From NCBI GenBank assembly GCA_045643285.1, contig JAZUKN010000014.1, positions 7,772 to 71,771 of the forward strand: DNA of 64,000 bases, in the 5' to 3' direction. The stretch is from Eubacteriales bacterium. Lineage in GTDB: Bacteria; Bacillota; Clostridia; Oscillospirales; CAG-272. Each line of letters starts with the position of its first letter. Position 1 is the stretch's first letter. The notes below the pieces were generated by a model, which saw only the letters and a list, made by a program, of their open reading frames with translations, was not told the origin of the DNA and made no database searches. Of the stretch, positions 18,497 to 27,131 are shown one piece after another. Position numbers and translations under genes: made by a program.

Positions 18497-18800
18497 AACT
18501 ATGCACGAACTCCACCCCGTATGCTGTATGGCAGGGGCTTGTCTCCTGCCGCCGGATTTGCACTTACTTTATATAGGCAAAAGGTAGAAAACGACTTACG
18601 TCGTTTTCAAATTATTTTCTTTTTCCACTACGCGTGGGGCTGCATAACCGAGTTCACTCCGTGAACTCGACGAGATGCTCCGCATCTCGGTTGGACACCT
18701 CCGTTGCCGGGTCCTTATGAATCCAGGCAACTTAGGGGGAAGGTCGCTTCGCTCTATTCCCCCTAAGGACCCCTTTGTTGCTAAGTAAGATCAAATCGCT
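18497..18800. repeat. Mosaic hairpin repeat, copy 3a (head first on the + strand)
   Basis: ctatgcacgaactccacc; ctgtatggcaggggcttgtctcctgccgccggatttgcac; gaaaacgacttacgtcgttttc (18587-18608); gagttcactccgtgaactc; gagatgctccgcatctc; cttagggggaagg..ccccctaagg; cccctttgttgctaag. Confidence 0.85.
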
Positions 18801-18837
18801 TCTTCAACTTACCACATAAAATCGACTACGTCTTTCT

Positions 18838-19050
18838 TCATAATGAGCGTCAGCGCGCTATTATTAACGACTCAAATCCTCTTCAGCGTCGCACTCACTT
18901 TGTGACAAAGGGGAGTTTCCAAAGAGGGGAAATGTGCTTGCACCTTGCCCCTCTTTGGCGCGGTGATTCACAAGAGCGTCGCGGTACGCTCTTGTGCGCC
19001 CCACGCGCAGTGGCAATATAATAATATGAAAACACGAAGTGTTTTCTACT
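18838..19050. repeat. Mosaic hairpin repeat, copy 3b (inverted relative to 3a; tails face each other)
   Basis: cataatgagcgtcagcgcgctatta..gaggattt-type module; ctttgtgacaaagggg; ccaaagagggg..cccctctttgg; gtgattcacaagagcg..cgctcttgtgcgcc; ccacgcgcagtgg; gaaaacacgaagtgttttc (19028-19046). Confidence 0.85.
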
Positions 19051-19057
19051 TCTCTAC

Positions 19058-19098
19058 AAAAAAAGTAAAACGGAAACATTCCTATGCTTCCGTTTTAC
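19058..19098 (-). terminator. Intrinsic terminator of ybaK (stem begins at the stop codon)
   Basis: Minus strand reads gtaaaacggaa-gcataggaatg-ttccgttttac followed by ttttttt. Confidence 0.75.
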
Positions 19099-19565
19099 TT
19101 TGTCAGTCCTGTGTATTCCGCCTCAACGTACCTTGCAAGCTCGTCCGGCGCGACGCGAAGCTGAAGCCCTCGCTGACCTGCACTGACGTAAATTTTGTCC
19201 CACAGGGCTGCCGTCTCGTCGATGTACGTCGGGAATTTTTTCTTCATCCCGACGGGTGAACAGCCGCCGCGGATGTATCCCGTGAGCGGAAGAAGCTCCT
19301 TCACGTGGATCATCTCGACGCGCTTCACTCCTGCCGCGACCGCGCATTTCTTTAAGTCAAGCTCGTACGCTACGGGGATAACGAAAACTTCGTATCCGCC
19401 TTTGTCGTCACGGCAGACGAGTGTTTTGAACATACAGTCGGGATCAAGACCGAGCATTTCTGCCGCGTGGACGCCGGATAGATCGCTCTCGTCAACCTCG
19501 TATGTTACGGTACCGTACTCTATCCCTGCCGAATCAAGCAGGCGCATCGCGTTCGTTTTTGTCAT
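19095..19565 (-). CDS. ybaK: Cys-tRNA(Pro)/Cys-tRNA(Cys) deacylase YbaK
   Basis: 156 aa. MTKTNAMRLLDSAGIEY...FKTLV...GYIRGGCSPVGMKK is the YbaK/EbsC signature. Confidence 0.85.
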   Translation of the reverse strand: MTKTNAMRLLDSAGIEYGTVTYEVDESDLSGVHAAEMLGLDPDCMFKTLVCRDDKGGYEVFVIPVAYELDLKKCAVAAGVKRVEMIHVKELLPLTGYIRGGCSPVGMKKKFPTYIDETAALWDKIYVSAGQRGLQLRVAPDELARYVEAEYTGLTK

Positions 19566-19673
19566 AATCTCACCGCGTTTCTCTTGTTTGTACGCTTATG
19601 ATACCACAAAACTCTGTTTTTTACAATGGGAAACCGATTTTTCGCCGAAAAACGGCACGGCGCGAAAAAAAGA

Positions 19674-19702
19674 TTGATTATCGGAGAAAAAAGTGATATA
19701 AT
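19674..19702 (+). promoter_or_regulatory. Promoter TTGATT-17-TATAAT with extended -10 TG (EIIC-like gene)
   Basis: ttgattatcggagaaaaaagtgatataat. Confidence 0.6.
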
Positions 19703-19732
19703 TTACTGAAATAATACATTGGAGGTAACATT

Positions 19733-20833
19733 ATGAAAAAGATAAAAGCGTATCTCAAACGTTACTTCATAGATTCGATGTCGGCTATGGCGCAGGGACT
19801 TTTCGCGTCGCTTCTCATCGGAACGATCTTCGGCACGCTCGGCAAATATCTCGGTCCTGAGTACGTTTCCGTCGGCTGGCTCAACACCGTCGGCGCGGGG
19901 CTGGTCGAACTTCAGAAATTCTGTTCCGCCTCTGCCGGAATGGCTATCGGTGCGGCTATTGCATATTCGCTCGGCTCACATCCGCTTGTCATTTTTTCGT
20001 CTGTCGCAGTGGGGTACCTCAGTTACTCGCTCGGTGCTGCGATTTCCCTGGCTGACGGCGGTACAGTCGCTTATACTGCCGGACCTGCCGGTGCATTCGT
20101 TGCCGTGATAGTCGCCGCCGAGATCGGTATGCTCGTCTCAAAGAAAACAAAAGTCGATATTCTCGTCACGCCTGCCGTGACGATTTTGTCGGGCTATGTC
20201 GTCGCTCGGCTCGTCTGCCCGTGGATCGCAAAGCTGATGTTCCTCCTCGGTGAGTTCATCGCACGTGCGACGGGATATGCGCCGCTCGTCATGGGAATCG
20301 TGATCGCCGTTGTCGTCGGAATGGTGCTGACACTGCCGATCTCATCCGCCGCGATTTGCGCGATAATCTTCTCGGAAAGCGCGCTTGCCGCATCCGTTGA
20401 TCCCGAAGCACTGCTTCTTGCAGGCGGAGCTGCCGCTGTCGGATGCTGTTGTCAGATGATAGGCTTTGCCGCGATGTCGTTCAGAGAGAACGGCTGGGGC
20501 GGCGTCGTTTCGCAGGGACTCGGCACGTCGATGCTTCAAATGGGCAATATCTGCCGCCATCCGCAGATTTGGATCCCTGCAACAGTCGCGTCTGCTGTGT
20601 GCGGTGCGCTGTCGACTACTGTGTTCTCGCTGTCCTGTTCGGGCGTTTCCGCCGGAATGGGGACGTGCGGACTGGTCGGGATAATCGGGCTTGTGTCTTC
20701 AAGCGGCACGGGTGTTCGCGCACTCGTCGGGATAGGACTGCTCTGCATCGTCCTGCCTGCAGTTATCTCGATCCTGCTTACGGAGCTGATGCGCAAGCTC
20801 GGACTGATAAAGAAAGATTATCTGAAACTGTGA
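19733..20833 (+). CDS. PTS EIIC-like (PTS_EIIC_2 type) polytopic membrane protein
   Basis: 366 aa, about 10 hydrophobic segments. N-terminus YFIDSMSAMAQGLFASLLIGTI resembles the orphan EIIC-like family. No EIIA/EIIB nearby. Confidence 0.5.
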   Translation: MKKIKAYLKRYFIDSMSAMAQGLFASLLIGTIFGTLGKYLGPEYVSVGWLNTVGAGLVELQKFCSASAGMAIGAAIAYSLGSHPLVIFSSVAVGYLSYSLGAAISLADGGTVAYTAGPAGAFVAVIVAAEIGMLVSKKTKVDILVTPAVTILSGYVVARLVCPWIAKLMFLLGEFIARATGYAPLVMGIVIAVVVGMVLTLPISSAAICAIIFSESALAASVDPEALLLAGGAAAVGCCCQMIGFAAMSFRENGWGGVVSQGLGTSMLQMGNICRHPQIWIPATVASAVCGALSTTVFSLSCSGVSAGMGTCGLVGIIGLVSSSGTGVRALVGIGLLCIVLPAVISILLTELMRKLGLIKKDYLKL

Positions 20834-20851
20834 GAGAATCAGAATAACCAA

Positions 20852-20896
20852 AAACGTGAGTACAGATCAACCGTACTCACGTTTTGTTGTTTTGTT
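20852..20896. terminator. Bidirectional intrinsic terminator between the EIIC-like gene and the ABC exporter
   Basis: aaaacgtgagtac-agatcaacc-gtactcacgtttt followed by gttgttttgtttt. Confidence 0.75.
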
Positions 20897-22663
20897 TTAC
20901 TGCTCAAATTGCAGGCGGTACAGCTTCCAGTAGTAGCCGTGCTGTGCGAGAAGCTCCTGGTGATTACCCCGCTCTATTATCTCGCCGTTCTGGAGAACGA
21001 TGATCTGATCGGCGTGCTGGATCGTCGAGAGACGGTGCGCTACCACGAGCATCGTGCCTATGTTGCGCATCTTTTCAAGCGACTGCTGGATAAGGACTTC
21101 CGTTTCGGTGTCGATATTCGCCGTCGCTTCGTCGAGAATGAGTATCTGCGGCTTGTGAAGAACGGTACGCGCGAACGAGAGAAGCTGGCGCTGTCCCTGC
21201 GAGAAGTTTTCGCCTCGCTCGATTATCTCTTCGTCGTACTGCTTCGGCATTTTTTCGATGAACGTGTCTGCTCCGATGTAGCGGCACGCTTCTTTTATTT
21301 CGTCGTCCGGTATCGTGTCGTCGTGGAGCGAGATGTTCGATTTTACCGTGCCGGAGAACAGGAAAACGTCCTGGAGCATCTGACCTATCGCACGGCGGAG
21401 CGACTTTATCTGAATGTTTGCGATGTCGATGCCGTCAATGAGTATCTGACCTTTCTGTATCTCATAGTTGCGGACGATAAGCGAAAGGATCGTCGTCTTT
21501 CCTGCTCCCGTCGCACCGACGAACGCACAGGTCTGACGCGGCTCGATGACGAACGAAACGTCTTTCAGTATCCAGTCCTCGGCGTTGTACGCGAACCAAA
21601 CGTTGCGGAACTCGATTCTCCCCTCGAATTTGTCAACTGCTATCGCATCGGGCTTGTCGCGGACTTCGGGGGCAACGTCCATAAGGTTGAAGAGTCTCTC
21701 GGACGCTGTCAGCGCCTTCTGAATGTTGTTGAGCTGGTCGGCGAGCTGCTGTATCGGGCTGAAGAATCTGCCGACGTAGAGATAGAACGCGACTATTGCG
21801 GCGGCGTCAAGTCCTGCTTTCACGCCGAAGAGGAACACGAGCGCGATAGAGGCGATATTGATGAACGTCACAAGAGGACGGTACACGCCGAACGCAAGCA
21901 CAACGTGGAAGCGCGAGTGGCGGAGGTTTTCGTTCTTTTCGTCGAACTCTGCGAGCTTCTTTTCTTCACGGTTGAATATCTGAGTGATCTTCATGCCGGA
22001 GAGGTTTTCGCTCATGAATGCGTTAAGCTCCGAGATGCTTTTTCGCTCACTGCGGAAGATCTTTCCGACGATCTTCGAGAACACAAGCGACGAGACGAAT
22101 ATCACCGTTACCGGAATGAGCATGATAAGCGACAGCTTTACGTCGATGAAGTACATCACCGCGTAAACGCCGACGACCATGACGATGTTGCGGACTACGC
22201 TGACGAGCACGTTCGTGAACAGGTCGCTGAGGGACTGCGTGTACGATGTTACGCGCGTGACGAGCGAGCCGACCGGCATTTCGGTGAACTGGTTCTGGCT
22301 CATCGATTCGATATGCCTGAATACGTCTTCGCGGAGCGTGAGAACTGTGTCCTGACCTGCCTTTTGCAGTATCATCGATTCAACGTAGTAGAAGAAATTG
22401 TCGACGATACTGATAGCGAGATAGGCAACGGAGAGATAAATTGCCGTTCTTACCGCTATCGGTACTTCGGTCAGCGAATTTGTGATGCGCGACGTGATGA
22501 ACGGAAGCAGAATATCCATCCCGACGTGCGAGAAGATGAGGATAAACGAGATTATGAACTTCGGAAGCTGTGGCTTTATGTAGACGAGCGTGCGTTTCAG
22601 TAGCTCGCCCGTCGGCATTTTTTTGTCGCCCTTCAGCCGTTCCTTTTCGTCGATGTCTTCCAT
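20897..22663 (-). CDS. ABC exporter, fused permease/ATPase (half of a heterodimer)
   Basis: 588 aa. Six-helix TMD, then Walker A GATGAGKTT, signature FSQGQRQLL and Walker B ILILDEAT. The ATG overlaps the upstream stop (TAATG) and follows GGAGGTGA. Confidence 0.85.
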   Translation of the reverse strand: MEDIDEKERLKGDKKMPTGELLKRTLVYIKPQLPKFIISFILIFSHVGMDILLPFITSRITNSLTEVPIAVRTAIYLSVAYLAISIVDNFFYYVESMILQKAGQDTVLTLREDVFRHIESMSQNQFTEMPVGSLVTRVTSYTQSLSDLFTNVLVSVVRNIVMVVGVYAVMYFIDVKLSLIMLIPVTVIFVSSLVFSKIVGKIFRSERKSISELNAFMSENLSGMKITQIFNREEKKLAEFDEKNENLRHSRFHVVLAFGVYRPLVTFINIASIALVFLFGVKAGLDAAAIVAFYLYVGRFFSPIQQLADQLNNIQKALTASERLFNLMDVAPEVRDKPDAIAVDKFEGRIEFRNVWFAYNAEDWILKDVSFVIEPRQTCAFVGATGAGKTTILSLIVRNYEIQKGQILIDGIDIANIQIKSLRRAIGQMLQDVFLFSGTVKSNISLHDDTIPDDEIKEACRYIGADTFIEKMPKQYDEEIIERGENFSQGQRQLLSFARTVLHKPQILILDEATANIDTETEVLIQQSLEKMRNIGTMLVVAHRLSTIQHADQIIVLQNGEIIERGNHQELLAQHGYYWKLYRLQFEQ

Positions 22664-24459
22664 TATTTCTCACCTCCCTCGACTTCTCTTTCAAGCTCTT
22701 GCAGATATACCATTTTCTGATATGTAGGAGAAATCTTCATCAGATTTTCGGGTGTGTCGAATGCTTCGACTTTTCCCTCTGTCAGAACGAGTATCTTGTC
22801 AAAGCCCGAGACTGTCGAAACACGCGAAGCGACGACTATTGTAGTCTTTCCGGCGCGTTTTTCGCGGATATTTTTGAGGATCGTCTCTTCGGTTTTAACA
22901 TCAACTGCCGAAACGGAGTCGTCCATGAGCATAACGGGCGCATCCTTGAGGTATGCTCTTGCGATAGCCACTCTCTGCTTCTGACCGCCGGAGAGGGTGA
23001 CGCCTCTCTCGCCCATGACGGTGTCGTAGCCGTCCGTGAACGCCGTGATGTTGTCGTCAACATCTGCGAAAACTGCGGCGGCGCGGATATCTTCGTCCGT
23101 CGCACCCTCTTTCGAGAACGCGATGTTGCCGCCTACCGTATCCGAGAACAGGAAGTTGTCCTGCGAAACGAGCGCGATGCTGTCTCTGACGGACTTCATC
23201 GTGCAGTCCATTATATCGTGACCGTCAATGAAAACGGTGCCGCGGTCAACGTTATAGAGGCGCATGAGGATCGACATGATAGTCGACTTTCCGGTGCCGA
23301 TACGTCCGACGATGCCGACTGTCTCGCCTGCGTTGATTTTGAACGATACGGCGTCGAGCATTTTCAGTCCTTTTTTCGCAGGGTACTCGAACGTGCAGTT
23401 TCTGAATTCGATCTCGCCGCGGACGGAGTCAAGTGCGACAGCGTCCGGCGCGTCCGTTACGTCTTCTTCGGAATCGAGGAAGGACGAAACACGCTTGAGG
23501 GAGGTGTGTGCGCGGCTGAACATCGTAATAAGCGAGCCGAGCGCAATCATCGGCCATATAAGTGTGTCGAAATATCCGACGAACGTCACAAGCTCACCGG
23601 CAGTGACTTCAATGACGTGACCGAACACGGTGACGGGATTTCCCGAAACGAACGAGTAGACGAACCACGAGCCGAAGCCGAGGATGAACGCCCCGATAAC
23701 GGCGATGATGACTTCGATAAGAACGTCAGATACGACCTGGACGCGGACGAACGAAACGTTTGCGGCGCGGTTTTTCCGTGCGACCTTGCGGAAAGCGTGG
23801 ATCTCGCTTGCCTCTTTGACGAACGCCTTAATTACGCGGATGCCTGTGAAGTTTTCCTGCGTGAAGTCGTAGAGGCGGTCGTATTCTTCCTGACGCTCTT
23901 CCCACTTTTTCGCCATGATCCTTTCAACTATCGCGCCCCAGATTATGATAAGCACCATCGGGATGAGCGCGAACAGGGAAAGAACCCAGTCGAGCATGAT
24001 CATTTTGATAATGACAAGCACGGCAAGGAACGATGAGTCAACGAGCTGAACGACGCCGAAGCCGCAGAAATCGTCTATCGTTTCGAGATCGGTCGTGAAC
24101 CAGGACATGATCGAGCCGACTTTTGTTTCGTGGTAGTAGTTCTGTGAAAGGCGTTCGCTTTTTTTGAACATTTCGCGGCGAAGACCTGCTTCGATCCTCT
24201 GCGATGCGTTGAAAAGGGTATATCTCCACGCCATACGTCCGGCGAACATGACACCGGCGATGATGAGGAGCTTTTTGCAAATATCCTCAACGAACGAAAT
24301 ATCGACAGGCGCGCCTGATGATAGGTGGTCGACTATCGAACCGAGGTATTCCGGCTGAAACAACTGGACGTAGTCGACGGCGACAAGCGCGGCTATGCCG
24401 ATGAGGTAGAAATACCAATATTTCAGATAGTATTTATTGATGTGTTTTCCGAAAAGCAT
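22663..24459 (-). CDS. ABC exporter, fused permease/ATPase (other half of the heterodimer)
   Basis: 598 aa. TMD plus GRIGTGKST, LSGGQKQRVAIAR and VMLMDDSVSAVD. Confidence 0.85.
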   Translation of the reverse strand: MLFGKHINKYYLKYWYFYLIGIAALVAVDYVQLFQPEYLGSIVDHLSSGAPVDISFVEDICKKLLIIAGVMFAGRMAWRYTLFNASQRIEAGLRREMFKKSERLSQNYYHETKVGSIMSWFTTDLETIDDFCGFGVVQLVDSSFLAVLVIIKMIMLDWVLSLFALIPMVLIIIWGAIVERIMAKKWEERQEEYDRLYDFTQENFTGIRVIKAFVKEASEIHAFRKVARKNRAANVSFVRVQVVSDVLIEVIIAVIGAFILGFGSWFVYSFVSGNPVTVFGHVIEVTAGELVTFVGYFDTLIWPMIALGSLITMFSRAHTSLKRVSSFLDSEEDVTDAPDAVALDSVRGEIEFRNCTFEYPAKKGLKMLDAVSFKINAGETVGIVGRIGTGKSTIMSILMRLYNVDRGTVFIDGHDIMDCTMKSVRDSIALVSQDNFLFSDTVGGNIAFSKEGATDEDIRAAAVFADVDDNITAFTDGYDTVMGERGVTLSGGQKQRVAIARAYLKDAPVMLMDDSVSAVDVKTEETILKNIREKRAGKTTIVVASRVSTVSGFDKILVLTEGKVEAFDTPENLMKISPTYQKMVYLQELEREVEGGEK

Positions 24460-24561
24460 AGTTCTCTCTTTTTTTATTGCAAAATTGTTATTTTAATAAT
24501 ACTCTTTATGGGATAAAGATGCCGCAAATCTTACGGCTGTGCGTGAAATCTCTTTTTTATA

Positions 24562-24897
24562 CTGTAGGGCGGGGGCTTGTCTCCCGCCGCCAGATTTGCA
24601 CACACTTCACATAGAAAAAGGTAGAAAATGTCGGGGACGTTTTAAATTATTTTCTTTTGTCCTGCGTATGAAATACGCGGCGGACGGGCGCACATTCAAC
24701 CAAACCTAACGTTTGGCGTCGTTGTGTCCTACGCGGACGGCGGACAAGAGCGTGATTCGACGCTCTTGTCAATCACCGAACCAAAGGGGGAAGGTCGCTT
24801 CGCTCTATTCCCCCTTTGGAAACCCCTTTGTTACAAAGTTTGTGCGACGTTATCGAGGATTTAACCCGTGGGGTAATAGCGCGCTGACGCTCATACG
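24562..24897. repeat. Mosaic hairpin repeat, copy 4 (most complete head-to-tail exemplar)
   Basis: ctgtagggcgggggcttgtctcccgccgccagatttgcaca; gaaaatgtcggggacgtttta; gtcctgcgtatgaaatacgcggcggac; caaacctaacgtttgg; gacaagagcgtgattcgacgctcttgtc; ccaaagggggaagg..ccccctttgg; cccctttgttacaaag; gtgcgacg..gaggattta..taatagcgcgctgacgctcat. Confidence 0.85.
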
Positions 24898-24970
24898 TTT
24901 TTGTATACAAGGTTATAGTGCAGTGAATAGGGGTTTTGTCTTAATTTGCCATTTTTCACTTGCATCTTTC

Positions 24971-25927
24971 TCAGAACGTTACGACTTCTTCTTCGGGTGC
25001 GGTTGCCGGGGCGAGAGACAGTACCTCAAGTGCCGCCAGCTTTCCGCCCGGTTCTTCGCCGTAGATCGACGCATCGACCGACACGACCTTCGCCTTGACG
25101 TAATACCACGCCTTATTCTTGAACGTCATATTGTTCTTGACGTAAATGCTGATGAACTGGATATCGTTCGCACAGCAGGTCATCGCAAAGCGTCCGATAA
25201 GGAATCCGTTTGCGGCGACTGCGCTGATCTGTGCCGCCTGCGCGCGCATCGTCACCGTTTTGCCTTCGTACTTGTCCACGTTATCCATTACGTCAAAGTA
25301 GAACACTCCGAAATCCGCGTCGCTGACGTCTATCTCGTCTTTTGTGAGGTCGAACGGGGAAGCGTCGAACTGAGCGTCCATTGTGCCGTCCTCGTATTCG
25401 TATACGACCTGCACGCGCATATTCACTGCCTTTACCAGACTGCGGTACGCCATTTTCTTCGAGTCGTCCGTAAAACGGTTGAAGATCACTATATCCGAAT
25501 TGCGGAACTGCTCAACGAGCATCGCGCGGAGGTTCTTTGAATAAGCATCGAACGTGGTCGAATCGACGGTCGTCATGATTTCGACGAGCTGCCACCCATC
25601 CGGATATACTATCTCAAGCGGCGCGTTTCCGTCCCACATTCCGTTGTATTCTATCGCCACGATGTCGGGCGCGTATTTCCGCTCAATGTCTTCGTACAGC
25701 GCGGAATTAAAGTCTTCTTCATCCTCGACGGACACGAGCGTGACGTTTTTTTCGCGGAGATTTTTTTCGTCGTATTCTTCGATACCCTCTTCGCAGACGA
25801 TCAGCACGATCTTTCTGCCGCCGCAGATCTGTCTGTTCTCGAAAAAGCGGTTTACCATTACGGTTTTGCCGGATTCAAGCAGTCCGTTGAAGAGGAAAAC
25901 GGGTACTTCTCTCGGTTGTTTTTTCAT
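24971..25927 (-). CDS. G3E/CobW-like P-loop domain lacking the CxCC motif, fused to a DUF1980 (TIGR03943)-like C-terminal domain
   Basis: 318 aa. Walker A FNGLLESGKT, DIVAIEYNG and FNRFTD resemble CobW G-motifs, with no GCxCC. The C-terminal half contains GRFAMTCCANDIQF, the CC-x-x-D hallmark I recall from DUF1980 proteins. Lies 21 nt downstream of the cobW-like gene. Confidence 0.55.
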   Translation of the reverse strand: MKKQPREVPVFLFNGLLESGKTVMVNRFFENRQICGGRKIVLIVCEEGIEEYDEKNLREKNVTLVSVEDEEDFNSALYEDIERKYAPDIVAIEYNGMWDGNAPLEIVYPDGWQLVEIMTTVDSTTFDAYSKNLRAMLVEQFRNSDIVIFNRFTDDSKKMAYRSLVKAVNMRVQVVYEYEDGTMDAQFDASPFDLTKDEIDVSDADFGVFYFDVMDNVDKYEGKTVTMRAQAAQISAVAANGFLIGRFAMTCCANDIQFISIYVKNNMTFKNKAWYYVKAKVVSVDASIYGEEPGGKLAALEVLSLAPATAPEEEVVTF

Positions 25928-25948
25928 ATTATCACACCTTATAAAAAA

Positions 25949-27070
25949 TTACAGTCCGAACAGCTCGCAGAGAGCGTGCTCGTCGAGCTTTGTGCCGATG
26001 ACGCAGAGTCGTCCCGTGTAGTCTGCGGAGCCGTCGCGGATCTCGTATTCGCCGGGCGTGAGGTCGAACTGGAGCCACTTGCCGTCCGTTGTTTCGACGA
26101 TGCCCTTTGCGCGGATGATCACGCCGACGGGGTTTTCTTCCGCCGCGAGGACGGAGAGTGCCTTGTCGAGTGCATCGCGGTCGAACTTCTTCGGGGTTTC
26201 CTTGCCCCAGTTCGTGAAGATTTCGTCCGCGTCGTGACCGTGGTGGTGATGATGGTGGTGATGATGCTCGTGGTGGTGTTCGTCATCATCGTCGTCGTCA
26301 TGGTGGTGGCAGTGGCATTCGTGTTCGTCATCGTCGTCATCATCGTGGTGATGGTGGTGATGATGTTCATGCTCTTCGCCTTCTTCGTCGTGGTGGTGAC
26401 AGCAGCAATCGTCGTCATCATCGTCATCGTGATGAGCGGCGGCTATTGCGGCAAGAAGCTCGGCGGCGAGGGAGTCCTGCTTTTCCATGGCGGTACGCAT
26501 TACGTCGCCGGAGATCTCGTCCCACGGAGTCGTGATGATCGCCGCCTTCGGGTTGTGTTCCTTGATGAGTGCGACTACTGCTTCGAGCTTGTCGTCGGTG
26601 AGCTTTTGTGTGCGGCTCAAAATGATACAGCCGGCGTTTTCGATCTGGTCATTGAAGAATTCGCCGAAGTTCTTCATATACATTTTCGCTTTTGTCGCGT
26701 CGACGACTGCCGTAAAGCTCGACAGTACGGCTTTTCCGTCGGTGTCTGCGCCCTGGGCGGCGTGGATGACGTCGGAGAGCTTGCCGACTCCTGACGGCTC
26801 AATGATGATTCTGTCGGGAGAATATTTTGCGACGACTTCGGCGAGTGCTTCGCGGAAATCGCCTACAAGGGAACAGCAGATACAGCCGGAATTGATCTCG
26901 GACACTTCAATTCCGGCATCTTTCATGAATCCGCCGTCGATGCCTATTTCGCCGAATTCGTTCTCGACGAGGACGAGTTTTTCGCCTGAATAACTTTCGG
27001 CGATGAGTTTTTTGATGAGAGTTGTTTTTCCGGCTCCGAGGAATCCGGAAATGATGTCTATTTTTGTCAT
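25949..27070 (-). CDS. COG0523/CobW-family metallochaperone GTPase with a ~70-aa His/Asp/Cys-rich insert
   Basis: ORF 25949..27259. Start moved to ATG 27070 (GGAGG RBS; MTKIDIISGFLGAGKTTLI). GCICC metal motif. Insert AAHHDDDDDDDCCCHHHDEEGEEHEHHHHHHHDDDDDDEHECHCHHHDDDDDDEHHHEHHHHHHHHHGHD, followed by a CobW_C-like end. Confidence 0.85.
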   Translation of the reverse strand: MTKIDIISGFLGAGKTTLIKKLIAESYSGEKLVLVENEFGEIGIDGGFMKDAGIEVSEINSGCICCSLVGDFREALAEVVAKYSPDRIIIEPSGVGKLSDVIHAAQGADTDGKAVLSSFTAVVDATKAKMYMKNFGEFFNDQIENAGCIILSRTQKLTDDKLEAVVALIKEHNPKAAIITTPWDEISGDVMRTAMEKQDSLAAELLAAIAAAHHDDDDDDDCCCHHHDEEGEEHEHHHHHHHDDDDDDEHECHCHHHDDDDDDEHHHEHHHHHHHHHGHDADEIFTNWGKETPKKFDRDALDKALSVLAAEENPVGVIIRAKGIVETTDGKWLQFDLTPGEYEIRDGSADYTGRLCVIGTKLDEHALCELFGL

Positions 27071-27131
27071 GGTTACGCCTCCGTAAAACCGAAACGGTCT
27101 TTTCTTTTGATGAAAATATTTTAACTTATAC

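Noticed and set aside
20909-24036. ORFs of 564 aa and 488 aa on the + strand (20909..22603, 22570..24036).
   Set aside because: They are antisense to the two ABC exporter genes, which carry Walker A/B and signature motifs. The + strand translations have no motifs and a skewed composition.
25916-26794. A + strand ORF encoding VVMMVVMMLVVVFVIIVVVMVV..., which could be mistaken for a hydrophobic membrane peptide.
   Set aside because: It is the reverse complement of the His/Asp-rich tract (CAT/CAC/GAT/GAC read backwards as ATG/GTG/ATC/GTC) inside the cobW-like gene.
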